Assembly: GCA_934130595.1 (NCBI GenBank)
Contig: CAKOYF010000001.1
Coordinates: 68,290-132,289 of the forward strand
Direction of reading: 5' to 3'
Source: an uncultured Clostridia bacterium
GTDB taxonomy: Bacteria > Bacillota > Clostridia > TANB77 > CAG-465
DNA: 64,000 nt
This document shows positions 49,805 through 58,986 of the stretch, piece after piece. The notes under the pieces are model-generated. The model was given only the letters and a program-made list of their open reading frames with translations. It did no database searches and was not told the origin of the DNA. Both the position numbers and the translations under genes were made by a program. Every line of letters begins with the position of its first letter. The stretch's first letter is position 1.

Positions 49805-50593
49805 TTATACAGCTACTTTTTCTGACAATCTAATTCTGTCTGCAATCATTGCTATAAATTCTGAATTAGTAGGCTTTCCTTTATTAGAATTTACAGTATA
49901 GCCAAATATTTTTTCATGCATTTCTATCTGTCCTCTATTCCAAGCAACTTCTATAGCATGTCTTATTGCTCTTTCAACTCTTGATGGAGTTGTAGAAAAC
50001 TTCTCAGATAATGTAGGATATAAAGATTTAGTAACTGAATTTAGTATTTCTTCGTTGTTTACTGCAAGTATTATTGCTTCTCTTATATATTGGTAACCTT
50101 TAATATGAGCAGGTACACCAACATCATGTATCATTTGAGTAACTCTAACTTCTAATGGTAAGCTTTTGTTACCATATGCAACCATGTATTCAGTTTTAAT
50201 TTCCTCTTCTTCCTTTAATAAATCTCTAACTCTATCTACAAGTGTTATCATATCAAAAGGTTTTACGACATAGTAAGTTGCACCTAAAGATATTGCTTTT
50301 TGTGTTACTTTTTCTTGTCCTATTGCAGACATTATAATAGTAACAGGTTTCTTTATTCCTACTTCATCTTTTAGATCTTCAAGGACAGATAAACCATCTT
50401 TTTCTGGCATAACTACATCTAGTAGCATAACATCAGGCTTAGACTGTTTTATAGCATCAATTACATTATTACCATCATATAATGGTTCTAGTGCAACCAT
50501 ATCTTTTTGAGAGTTTATGTACATATTTAATAATTTTACAAACTCTTTATTATCATCAACTATCATTACTTTTATTTTATCATTATTTTCCAT
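49805..50593 (-). CDS. spo0A: Sporulation master regulator Spo0A.
   Basis: Receiver domain (VDDN..D) plus the Spo0A-specific C-terminal domain (..KPTNSEFIAMIADRIRL). Confidence 0.95.
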   Translation of the reverse strand: MENNDKIKVMIVDDNKEFVKLLNMYINSQKDMVALEPLYDGNNVIDAIKQSKPDVMLLDVVMPEKDGLSVLEDLKDEVGIKKPVTIIMSAIGQEKVTQKAISLGATYYVVKPFDMITLVDRVRDLLKEEEEIKTEYMVAYGNKSLPLEVRVTQMIHDVGVPAHIKGYQYIREAIILAVNNEEILNSVTKSLYPTLSEKFSTTPSRVERAIRHAIEVAWNRGQIEMHEKIFGYTVNSNKGKPTNSEFIAMIADRIRLSEKVAV

Positions 50594-50635
50594 TTTACTT
50601 GCTCTCCTTTACAGCCTATCCTATAAAGCACCATT

Positions 50636-50664
50636 ATTATACAATTGTTTTAACAGAAAATCAA
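50636..50664 (-). promoter_or_regulatory. SigmaA-type spo0A promoter (TTGATT-17-TATAAT).
   Basis: -35 at 50659..50664 and -10 at 50636..50641 on the minus strand, about 40 nt upstream of the RBS AAAGGAGAG. Confidence 0.5.
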
Positions 50665-50684
50665 TATATTTATGTCTTTTTGAC

Positions 50685-50701
50685 TGTCAATTTTTGTCGA
50701 A
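50685..50701 (-). promoter_or_regulatory. Two adjacent Spo0A-box-like heptamers (TGTCAAT, TGTCGAA) just upstream of the spo0A promoter.
   Basis: Plus-strand TGTCAAT at 50685..50691 and TGTCGAA at 50695..50701; 0A-box consensus is TGTCGAA. Confidence 0.45.
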
Positions 50702-50780
50702 AAATGAATATTTCTCAATTTATATATAATTTTATATATTATATTTTTATAGTCATAATTACAAGTTATAATTCAAAATG

Positions 50781-50818
50781 CAAAAAACCCCTCCAAAGCT
50801 TGGCTGCTTTGGAAGGGT
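50781..50818 (-). terminator. Intrinsic terminator after the GNAT/trpS unit (GC-rich stem).
   Basis: CCCTTCCAAAGC-loop-GCTTTGGAGGGG followed on the minus strand by UUUUUUG. Atypically GC-rich for this genome. Confidence 0.7.
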
Positions 50819-50867
50819 GAATCTTTCTTATTTAACTAACCAAATTTGGTCAGATCGGATAGTAGTT

Positions 50868-51485
50868 TTATTTAGCTCTTACAACAATAACCTGTGCATC
50901 TCTTGCGTTTAAGCGCTTGAAAATGTTGGCAATCTTCTCATTTCTAAAAGTCTGTGCGATTTTCTCGTCCGGGTACGCTTCACGTACGATCAGATACTCA
51001 TCTGCGCTCTCGGTAAACTCGTTTTTCTTAACAAGTTCATAAATGCTTTCAGGAATGACATCATTGCTAACATTCGGATAGAATTCCTTAGAATCAATTG
51101 CAAATCTTGTCAGAGTTTCAAACATTCTAGGATTATGAGTTCTAGCAGAAATGAAAGTTAAATTATCACTTCCAAAAACTGTCTGAATCATCATAAGGCT
51201 AAGTCCTTTGCCCTGTGCTCTCGGATGTAATACAACTCCATGTAAATAGAGAGTACTAATATCTCTGAGCTTTGCAAAAACGGAAAAACCATCGAGGGAA
51301 CCGTCTTCATCGAACGCCAAACAAATCGTATAATCTTCGTTTCCAAACAGATGATCATATACATCCTTGTAATCTGTCGGAAAATGCGCTGCATTTGCAA
51401 CCTCTAAGCACTGCTTAGCGATTTCTTCCTTGTTTTCAAAGTCTGCAGGAACACCAAAACAAATTCGCCATCCATACCACAACAT
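50868..51485 (-). CDS. GNAT-family N-acetyltransferase, 205 aa, substrate unknown.
   Basis: ATG with an AAGGAGGTA RBS. GNAT acetyl-CoA motif HPRAQGKGLS. GC clearly higher than flanking DNA. Confidence 0.6.
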   Translation of the reverse strand: MLWYGWRICFGVPADFENKEEIAKQCLEVANAAHFPTDYKDVYDHLFGNEDYTICLAFDEDGSLDGFSVFAKLRDISTLYLHGVVLHPRAQGKGLSLMMIQTVFGSDNLTFISARTHNPRMFETLTRFAIDSKEFYPNVSNDVIPESIYELVKKNEFTESADEYLIVREAYPDEKIAQTFRNEKIANIFKRLNARDAQVIVVRAK

Positions 51486-51547
51486 AACTATACCTCCTTG
51501 TAATAATAATGTTAGGGTCTTTGTTACCTACTGAGTTGGCAGCTTGC

Positions 51548-52549
51548 TTATACTTTACTGACAAATCCGACAGCATCATATACTTGTGCAAGCTTGGTTT
51601 TTGCGGTTTCGTGTGCATTTCTAGCTCCTTTCGCATAGATTTCTCTGAGGAAGTCATCATACTCTTTAGAGTCTAATTCATGGTATCTCTCCTGAATCTT
51701 ACCTAAAGTGTCTGCGACAACTTCACCAACAGCTACCTTAAAAGTCCCGTATCCGACACCTTCAAATTCTTTTTCTACTTCTGCCACACTCTTGTGTGTA
51801 ATAGAAGAGTAAATATCAATGAGGTTACGAATACCAGGCTGCTCCTCTGAATATCTTACAATATTCATAGAATCTGTTTTAGCTTTTTTGAACTTTCTGA
51901 TAATGGTATCCTTTGAATCTAATAAGGAAACAAATCCGTTCGGATTCGGATCCGATTTAGACATTTTCTTCAAAGGATCTTGCAGACTCATAATTCTTGC
52001 GCCTGTTTCAGAGATGAAAGCATCAGGAATCTTAAAGATCTCACGTTTATAGGTAGAATTAAATCTCCTAGCAAGATCTCTTGTAATTTCAAGATGCTGT
52101 CTTTGATCTTCTCCAACAGGTACATAGTCCGGGTCATACAAAAGAATATCAGCTGCCATAAGAACAGGATAATCAAACAGGCCAACGCCAACGTTTTTCT
52201 GTTTCTGAGATTTGTCCTTAAACTGTGTCATACGGCTGAGTTCTCCCATATAAGTAGAACAGTTCAAAATCCAAGCCAGTTCGGCATGCTCATGTACATG
52301 AGACTGCACAAAGATAGTGTTAATATTTGGATCAAGTCCACATGCAATGTACTGTATAACAGCTTTCTTTGTGTTTTCACGTAATGCTACCGGGTCCTGT
52401 GGTACTGTGATTGAGTGTAAATCAGCAATAAAGAATTTGCATTCATATTCATGCTGAATGTTAACCCAATTCTTCAAGGCACCTAAATAGTTGCCAAGAG
52501 TGAGTACGCCTGAAGGTTGAATTCCGCTTAAGATGGTCTTTTTTTCCAT
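51548..52549 (-). CDS. trpS: Tryptophan--tRNA ligase.
   Basis: Class-I HIGH-region equivalent (SGIQPSGVLTLGNY) and KMSKS. Start trimmed to MEKKTIL with a GAAAGGAG RBS. GC about 40% versus under 30% elsewhere in the window. Confidence 0.85.
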   Translation of the reverse strand: MEKKTILSGIQPSGVLTLGNYLGALKNWVNIQHEYECKFFIADLHSITVPQDPVALRENTKKAVIQYIACGLDPNINTIFVQSHVHEHAELAWILNCSTYMGELSRMTQFKDKSQKQKNVGVGLFDYPVLMAADILLYDPDYVPVGEDQRQHLEITRDLARRFNSTYKREIFKIPDAFISETGARIMSLQDPLKKMSKSDPNPNGFVSLLDSKDTIIRKFKKAKTDSMNIVRYSEEQPGIRNLIDIYSSITHKSVAEVEKEFEGVGYGTFKVAVGEVVADTLGKIQERYHELDSKEYDDFLREIYAKGARNAHETAKTKLAQVYDAVGFVSKV

Positions 52550-52628
52550 GCTAAACGCTCCTTTCAATGGTGGTTATTTAGTTGTCAATGTGCGCCAAAC
52601 TACTTCAACTGAAATAGTTTACGGAGCA

Positions 52629-52658
52629 ATTATACATGCCGACACTCATTGTGTCAAT
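52629..52658 (-). promoter_or_regulatory. Consensus sigmaA promoter for trpS (TTGACA-17-TATAAT), short leader.
   Basis: -35 at 52653..52658 and -10 at 52629..52634 on the minus strand. Leader of about 55 nt with no T-box elements. Confidence 0.6.
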
Positions 52659-52669
52659 AGCAAACTCAA

Positions 52670-52715
52670 AAAAAGATGAAAAAAGTAGCTATTTTGTTGT
52701 AAATAGCTACTTTTT
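52670..52715 (-). terminator. Intrinsic terminator of the M20 peptidase gene.
   Basis: AGTAGCTATTT/AAATAGCTACT stem, with T-runs on both sides. Confidence 0.6.
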
Positions 52716-52728
52716 AGGCTTATTTTGT

Positions 52729-53760
52729 CTATTTTATACATACTTCATTAATTATATCTTTATATTGCTCTACTAATTTATTTAAGCTTTGAATTGTTAT
52801 ATGTTCGTCTACTTCATGGGCTGTTACAGGCCCTGCTCCTAAAATCATTCTGTTTCCTTTTAACATACTTGCTTCTGTAAAGTAATTTGCTGTATCATGT
52901 GTATTGATAAAATCAATATCGTTATACCAAGCATTAATTTGTTGTATAATATCTGCTTCACAATCATATTTTAAAGCAAGTTCTTCTACTTTATCTTTTA
53001 ATATTTTTATATGTTCATCTTTTGCAATTCTAAAATCTAAAGTTGCTTTACAATATGCTGATACTGAATTTATTGCACTTCCTCCATTTATTACTCCAAC
53101 ATTCATAGTTGTGTATGGAATTTCAAATTTCTCATTTATATCTTGCTTTATATTTTTATTGTAAAATTCATCTAATTCGTAAAGAAACTTTATACATGCT
53201 AGATTTGCACTCTTTCCTTTGGCAGGATTACTTGAATGAACTTTAATTCCTTTAAAGCTTAAATTATATGCTAGTAAACCTTTACAACCAGTAACAGTTA
53301 CATTATTTGTAGGTTCTCCAACTAATATATATTCAGGAAACTTCTCGTTTGTATCTAGAACTTCTCTTATTCCTTCAAAGTTTTGCTCTTCTGAGTAAGT
53401 AAAGTATGCTTTTATACCATGTTTTAATTTAGACAAATCAATTTCACTAACTGCTTTAATAAATGCTGCAATTCCGCTTTTCATATCACAGCTTCCTAGT
53501 CCATATAATTCTTCACCTTTTTGAGTTAACTCAAAAGGATTAGTTTTCCATCCATCTATGTATTCAACCGTATCTGTATGTCCAACAAATCCAAATTTAG
53601 GATTTTCACCATAAGACATAATCAAGTATTTTCCCTTACGCTCAGTTTTAAAATTTAACTTCTTCATTTCACTTTCAATATAATTTATTATTTTATCATT
53701 TTCTTTATCTTTAATTGTATTAAAAGATACTAGTTCTCTTAAAATATTTACGACTTCCAT
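52729..53760 (-). CDS. M20-family metallopeptidase/deacylase (ArgE/DapE-like).
   Basis: 343 aa with GHTDTV and ..GSCDMKSG.. metal-binding motifs. AT-rich like the host genome. Confidence 0.7.
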   Translation of the reverse strand: MEVVNILRELVSFNTIKDKENDKIINYIESEMKKLNFKTERKGKYLIMSYGENPKFGFVGHTDTVEYIDGWKTNPFELTQKGEELYGLGSCDMKSGIAAFIKAVSEIDLSKLKHGIKAYFTYSEEQNFEGIREVLDTNEKFPEYILVGEPTNNVTVTGCKGLLAYNLSFKGIKVHSSNPAKGKSANLACIKFLYELDEFYNKNIKQDINEKFEIPYTTMNVGVINGGSAINSVSAYCKATLDFRIAKDEHIKILKDKVEELALKYDCEADIIQQINAWYNDIDFINTHDTANYFTEASMLKGNRMILGAGPVTAHEVDEHITIQSLNKLVEQYKDIINEVCIK

Positions 53761-53907
53761 TATTATCTCCCTCGTTCATTTTTTCGTTATTGTATTTTAC
53801 AATATATCCAAAAATATGTCAACTATAACTTTATATTTATTATATATAGTTTATATACAATAATAAAAGAAGAGAGCATGCATAACATGCTCTCCTCGTT
53901 GACATCA

Positions 53908-54453
53908 CTATAAGTTAGATTTAAAAGATTTAAGATTAGAATGCAGTACCGTATTAAACTCCACTGCCTCGCCGTCTTCTCCTCTTTCAATCAATTTAGA
54001 AGTGATAGTATCTGTAGAAATAACACACTCAATAGAGGAATCTTCTGAAACATAAAAAACTACAATAACGTAATCCGTTAAAGAAGAACGGTTATGCACA
54101 GACAGCACCTGGATTTTCGTATCAGGCTCAATAGCCTTCAAGATCTCGGTACACTTACTATCTAAGAATTCGTCGTTTACAATGTCTGCTATTTTCTTTA
54201 ACAGCTCTCTTCCTTTACAATCAAGTTTCTCATCATTAAAAGATAATGCAATAATATATCTGTTGCTAGTACTACTGCTTTTGTTTCTTTCAATGAAGTT
54301 ATTAATTTTCAGTTTCATAAATCTGCTGCTTAATGCTTCACGGTTTTCAACATACGTGCTCACATCAAAGCATAAATCCGTTTTTGTTGCAAAAAAATCA
54401 ATAATAGAATAGATAAACCGAGTATACGTTGCCTTTGCTGCTTTTTTCCCCAT
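53908..54453 (-). CDS. Hypothetical protein, 181 aa, higher GC than its surroundings.
   Basis: ORF track. No recognised motifs. Confidence 0.35.
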   Translation of the reverse strand: MGKKAAKATYTRFIYSIIDFFATKTDLCFDVSTYVENREALSSRFMKLKINNFIERNKSSSTSNRYIIALSFNDEKLDCKGRELLKKIADIVNDEFLDSKCTEILKAIEPDTKIQVLSVHNRSSLTDYVIVVFYVSEDSSIECVISTDTITSKLIERGEDGEAVEFNTVLHSNLKSFKSNL

Positions 54454-54750
54454 AACTATACCTCCTAATTATAAGTGATAAAAAAAAGAATTGTTACAAA
54501 GTACAAATTTGTACTTTTGCTAAGCATACCAAACTAGTATAGTTCAATATTTCAGCTTTTTTTACGGCTGTTATTTTAACATTTTATTAGCAGATATTCA
54601 ATATTTTATATGCATTTATTTGATTTTTTCATGATTTTTTAAATTTCCAAAAATTTCCTGTATTATTTTTTCATAGTTACACAAATTAATAGTGTAAAGT
54701 GTAACAAACATAAAACACTTTAATACAAAAAAAACTGGAGGTGAATTTAA

Positions 54751-54966
54751 ATGGCTTCAACAAACAGCAAAATGACAAATAAACAAGCTAAAGCTGCTTT
54801 AGACAAATTCAAATATGAAGTAGCTAACGAAATCGGAGTTAACCTAAAACAAGGTTATAACGGTGACTTAACTTCTAAACAAGCTGGTTCTATAGGTGGT
54901 GAAATGGTTAAAAGATTAGTTGCTAATGCTGCTAACCAAATGCAATCACAACAACCTAACCAATAA
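54751..54966 (+). CDS. Alpha/beta-type small acid-soluble spore protein.
   Basis: MASTNSKMTNKQAKAALDKFKYEVANEIGV...SKQAGSIGGEMVKRLV signature. RBS GGAGGTGA. Confidence 0.9.
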   Translation: MASTNSKMTNKQAKAALDKFKYEVANEIGVNLKQGYNGDLTSKQAGSIGGEMVKRLVANAANQMQSQQPNQ

Positions 54967-54996
54967 TTTAGGTATAATTAGTGTTAGAAAGTTAAA

Positions 54997-55028
54997 AAGA
55001 TGGTGAGTTAATTCACCATCTTTTTTAT
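54997..55028 (+). terminator. Intrinsic terminator of the SASP gene. It overlaps the 3' end of the convergent gene and is likely bidirectional.
   Basis: AAGATGGTGA/TCACCATCTT stem followed by TTTTTTAT. Confidence 0.65.
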
Positions 55029-55390
55029 TTACCTATTTCTAAATCTACTGAATTTCCATGTAAGTCTGTACCTTTTCCAGTTTTGTAATCTAGATTATAT
55101 CTTTCTACATAGTCTGCATTTTCATCTGTAGAATCATATATTTCTATAATCATAACATCTTTATTATCTGAATATAATATAATATCACTTGCTGTATTTC
55201 CAGTTTCTTTTTCATAATATTTATTTGCACAATCTTTCCATTCTTGATTAGTATGCTCTACTATTTTTTCTTCTTGTTTTACTTCCTCTTTATTATCTAC
55301 TGCTTTATTTTTATTATTAATAACAACAAAAACAATTGATATTATTATTAAAACTAAAATTAAAAATACAATCAATCTTTTTTTATTCAT
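55025..55390 (-). CDS. Small secreted or membrane-anchored protein, 121 aa.
   Basis: N-terminal signal/anchor MNKKRLIVFLILVLIIISIVFVV. Confidence 0.4.
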   Translation of the reverse strand: MNKKRLIVFLILVLIIISIVFVVINNKNKAVDNKEEVKQEEKIVEHTNQEWKDCANKYYEKETGNTASDIILYSDNKDVMIIEIYDSTDENADYVERYNLDYKTGKGTDLHGNSVDLEIGK

Positions 55391-55455
55391 ATTAGCCTCC
55401 TATTAAATAACATTATCTACTATATAATATCAAAAAAAAACCAAAAAGTCTATTA

Positions 55456-57558
55456 TTATTCAAGATATTTACAGATATTATTAGTATATATTATTTCTAA
55501 CTTGTGCAAGGCTCTAGTCATGGCTACATATAATAATTTCATATCTAATAAGCTATCACTATTATAAACCGAATCATCAGCATCAGCTATTATTACAACG
55601 TCAAATTCTAATCCTTTAGAAAGATAAGATGTTAATATACATACACCACCGTCATATTTTTCTTGATCTTTATATATTATTTCTGATTCTATATTATTTG
55701 ATTTAAGTGTCTTATGTAGTTTAGCCATATTTTCCTGATTTTTATATATTATTGCAATTGATTTAAAACCATCATTTAAGTATTTTTTTACTTGATTTGC
55801 TATATATTCTTCTTTGTTACTATTAATATTACTTTTAATAACTGGTCCTGCACTACGTATAACAGGTTGTGCCATTCCAAGATTAATTGCATGAGATATT
55901 TTATTTGCTTCATTCATTATCTCCGTAGATGTTCTGTATGATTTTTTAAGATTAAGTAAATTAGCATCTGGAAGTACATTTTCTATTACCTCATTCCAAT
56001 TTGTTATAGCTCTATATGCATATATTCCTTGAGCCATATCACCAAATATAGAAAAATGAGCATTAGGAAAAAGCTTTCTTAAAATATAAAATCCAAACAC
56101 TCCAAAATCTTGAGCCTCATCTATAACAACACTTTTTATCCTCTTATATTCTTCGTTTCCAAATAAATATAATTTAATATACATCAGTGGAGCAATATCT
56201 TCATTTTCAATGATGTTTTTTTCTAGTGATTTTAAAGTATATTCTTTTATTTTTTGATCATCTGTAGTTTTTATAAATTTCTTGTAAATATTTAATACTT
56301 TAACATTACTTATACTTAAGAACTTCTTTATATCCTTTTCAAATCCGTTTGTTGTTAGCTCTTTAAGCATTGCTATTTCTTTTTTAGCAACTTTCTTTTT
56401 CATCTCAATTGTAGTTTGTTCTTTTTCTTTTTCAAACATTAATGTTTTTATTCTATTATATATATTCTCATCATTTTTTATTCTATTTGCAATTACTTTA
56501 GCAGTCATCTCAAGCTTTTGTGCAACACACTCACCTTGTATTTGATTATATACATCTAATATTTCATATTTAGACAAAATTAATATATCATTTAACACTA
56601 GTCCAGTATCTAATATTAAGCGCTTTTCAAGGTTATTTAGATATTTTTCTAACAACTTCATATAATTTAAGCTAGATTTAAATTTTAAATCTGAATTTTC
56701 TTTATTTCCATTTATTATATCGTTTAATTTCTTAGTTGAATCCTCAAATTTTAACTTTTCAACAGTATAATTAGAAGCCAATTCCTCAAATGTAAGTTGA
56801 ATAGCATTGCCAGCATCTAAATCTGGCAAAACATTTGATATATAATTAATAAAAAACTTATTTGGTCCTATAACCATAAATTGATTCGGTTTATATTTAT
56901 CCGCATTATTGTACATTAGATATGCAATTCTATGTAAAGCAACTGTTGTCTTTCCAGAACCAGCTACTCCTTGAACAATTATATCTTTTTCAATACTTTC
57001 TCTAATTATACTATTTTGCTCACTTTGAATTGACGCTACTATATTTTTAAGCCTACTATCTGCATTTGCACCTAAATATGGTTTTAATAGCTCATCATCT
57101 GATACTGAATCTACATCAAAGATTTCCTTTACTTCACCTTTATTTATAATGATTTGTCTTTTTAATGTAAGGTTTCCGTTAATCCTTCCTTGAGGTGCAT
57201 TATATCCGACTTTTCCTAAGTTACTATCATAGTACAATGAAGCCACAGGAGCTCTCCAATCAGTAACAACAACTTTTCCATCTAAATCAATTACCCCAAT
57301 TTTTCCTATATAAAGTTTATCTTTATATTTTCTGCTATCTTCTTTAAAATCTATTCTTGCCAAATATGGTTTTTCTTTTATTCTATTTATATTAGCAATT
57401 TTAGTAGCTGTTGAAGACATCAGATTTTCTAGTAGCACAGGATTGCTTCTGTACTTGCTTGGTAAAGTTTTTAATATTTCTTCTTCACCATTTTTTATAT
57501 AGCCTAACTCGTCAATTGTTTTTACTAGCTTTTGCTTTTCATATTCTAAATCTTCCAT
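55456..57558 (-). CDS. helD: HelD-like (UvrD/helicase IV family) DNA helicase, 700 aa.
   Basis: HelD-type N-terminal region (..VVTDWRAPVASLYY..) and Walker A GVAGSGKTT. UvrD-like C-terminal region. Confidence 0.7.
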   Translation of the reverse strand: MEDLEYEKQKLVKTIDELGYIKNGEEEILKTLPSKYRSNPVLLENLMSSTATKIANINRIKEKPYLARIDFKEDSRKYKDKLYIGKIGVIDLDGKVVVTDWRAPVASLYYDSNLGKVGYNAPQGRINGNLTLKRQIIINKGEVKEIFDVDSVSDDELLKPYLGANADSRLKNIVASIQSEQNSIIRESIEKDIIVQGVAGSGKTTVALHRIAYLMYNNADKYKPNQFMVIGPNKFFINYISNVLPDLDAGNAIQLTFEELASNYTVEKLKFEDSTKKLNDIINGNKENSDLKFKSSLNYMKLLEKYLNNLEKRLILDTGLVLNDILILSKYEILDVYNQIQGECVAQKLEMTAKVIANRIKNDENIYNRIKTLMFEKEKEQTTIEMKKKVAKKEIAMLKELTTNGFEKDIKKFLSISNVKVLNIYKKFIKTTDDQKIKEYTLKSLEKNIIENEDIAPLMYIKLYLFGNEEYKRIKSVVIDEAQDFGVFGFYILRKLFPNAHFSIFGDMAQGIYAYRAITNWNEVIENVLPDANLLNLKKSYRTSTEIMNEANKISHAINLGMAQPVIRSAGPVIKSNINSNKEEYIANQVKKYLNDGFKSIAIIYKNQENMAKLHKTLKSNNIESEIIYKDQEKYDGGVCILTSYLSKGLEFDVVIIADADDSVYNSDSLLDMKLLYVAMTRALHKLEIIYTNNICKYLE

Positions 57559-57671
57559 AATACCCTCCTTTTTTTGAAATGCTTTTTTATTATAACCTAA
57601 TATTATGTAATATGCAATAAAAGAATAAAAAAAGATGATACTAAATGTATCACCCTTTTAACTAAATAATA

Positions 57672-58985
57672 TTATCCTAAAAATCCTGAATAATTTCTGC
57701 TTACCATTTGTGTCTCTATTGTATTTAGTACTTCTAATCCAACACTTACTAAGATAAGTATTGAGTTACCACTAAATGATATAGATTGATTTGTGAAAGC
57801 CTGTAAAACTATTGGTAGAATTGCTATAGCAGCTAAGAATAAAGATCCTGCAGCTGTAATTTTTAATAATACATTGTTAATGTAATCTGATGTATTTTTA
57901 CCAGCTCTTATACCTGGAATAAATCCACCATTTTTCTTTAAATTATTAGCAATTTCTACTGGATTTACTATAAACATAGTATAAACAAATGTAAATAGTA
58001 TGATTAGTAACATGTATATTACTGCATATCCTACTAAGTAACCCCATGGACTACTTGAAGATGCTGTAAATAAAGTATAAACACCTTTCCAAAATCCTGT
58101 TAAAGAATTTACATCAGTTACTAGGCTTATAATTATACTTGGGAATGACATAAATGACATTGCAAATATAAGTGGCATAACGCCAGCCATAGCTAATTTT
58201 ATTGGAATGTGTGTACTTTGACCACCATACATTTTTCTTCCAACTACTCTTTTTGCATAATTTACAGGAATTCTACGTTCAGCTTTTTGAACAAATACTA
58301 CTGCAGCAACTACAGCTATTAATCCAACTATAAATGCAGCAAATATTAATATTCCAGTAAATCCGCTTCCAGCAATATTAGCAAATGCTTTTATTGTTGA
58401 TGGTAAACCAGCAACTATACCAAAGAAAACTATCATTGATATACCGTTACCGATACCATGTTCAGTAATTTTATCTCCTAGCCATGTTAGTAATGAAGTA
58501 CCAGCCATTAAAGAAATTATAAATAGGAAAAATCCTAGATATTTTCCAGCACCATATGTTAATGGTGTTAAAAGATATGCTTTGTATGTGAAGTATAATC
58601 CTAAACCTTCAATAAATGCAAACGCAATTGTTAAATATTTAGTATACTTACTTAATTTCTTTCTTCCGCTTTCTCCTTCTTTGGCTAAACGCTCTAAACT
58701 TGGTATTACAAATTGTAATAAGTTTAAAACGATAGATGCTGTAATGTATGGTCCTATTGTCATTGAAAAAATAGATAATCTGCTAAATGCTCCACCAGAG
58801 ATTAGGTTGATCATTGCTGATAATCCATTTGTTCCAGCACCTAATTGTTGATTAATTGTTATTTTATCTAGACCAGGAATTGTAATAAAAGTTCCTACCC
58901 TAAATAAAAGTAATATTAGAAAAGTAAATAATAACTTTTTTCTAACATCTTTGACTGAGAATATGCTTTTAATATCTTCTAACAT
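57672..58985 (-). CDS. secY: Preprotein translocase subunit SecY.
   Basis: 437 aa, 10 TM helices. N-terminus ..KLLFTFLILLLFRVGTFITIPG. Confidence 0.95.
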   Translation of the reverse strand: MLEDIKSIFSVKDVRKKLLFTFLILLLFRVGTFITIPGLDKITINQQLGAGTNGLSAMINLISGGAFSRLSIFSMTIGPYITASIVLNLLQFVIPSLERLAKEGESGRKKLSKYTKYLTIAFAFIEGLGLYFTYKAYLLTPLTYGAGKYLGFFLFIISLMAGTSLLTWLGDKITEHGIGNGISMIVFFGIVAGLPSTIKAFANIAGSGFTGILIFAAFIVGLIAVVAAVVFVQKAERRIPVNYAKRVVGRKMYGGQSTHIPIKLAMAGVMPLIFAMSFMSFPSIIISLVTDVNSLTGFWKGVYTLFTASSSSPWGYLVGYAVIYMLLIILFTFVYTMFIVNPVEIANNLKKNGGFIPGIRAGKNTSDYINNVLLKITAAGSLFLAAIAILPIVLQAFTNQSISFSGNSILILVSVGLEVLNTIETQMVSRNYSGFLG

Positions 58986-58986
58986 A

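Noticed and set aside
51191-51660. ORFs 51191..51400 and 51436..51660 on the minus strand.
   Set aside because: They overlap the GNAT and trpS genes in other frames. The 51436..51660 ORF spans the GNAT-trpS intergenic region without RBS support.
51819-52384. Plus-strand ORFs 51819..52052 and 51980..52384.
   Set aside because: Antisense within trpS.
52550-52730. A T-box riboswitch or other leader upstream of trpS.
   Set aside because: The leader is only about 55 nt from the consensus promoter to the RBS. Neither strand has a T-box sequence (AATTAGGGTGGTACCGCG-like) or specifier-loop architecture. The hairpin present is the terminator of the upstream peptidase gene.
54454-54750. A specific sigmaG/sigmaF forespore promoter for the SASP gene.
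   Set aside because: CATAGTTA-like and GTATA-like elements are present, but no pair with the required 17-18-nt spacing could be identified confidently. Left uncalled.
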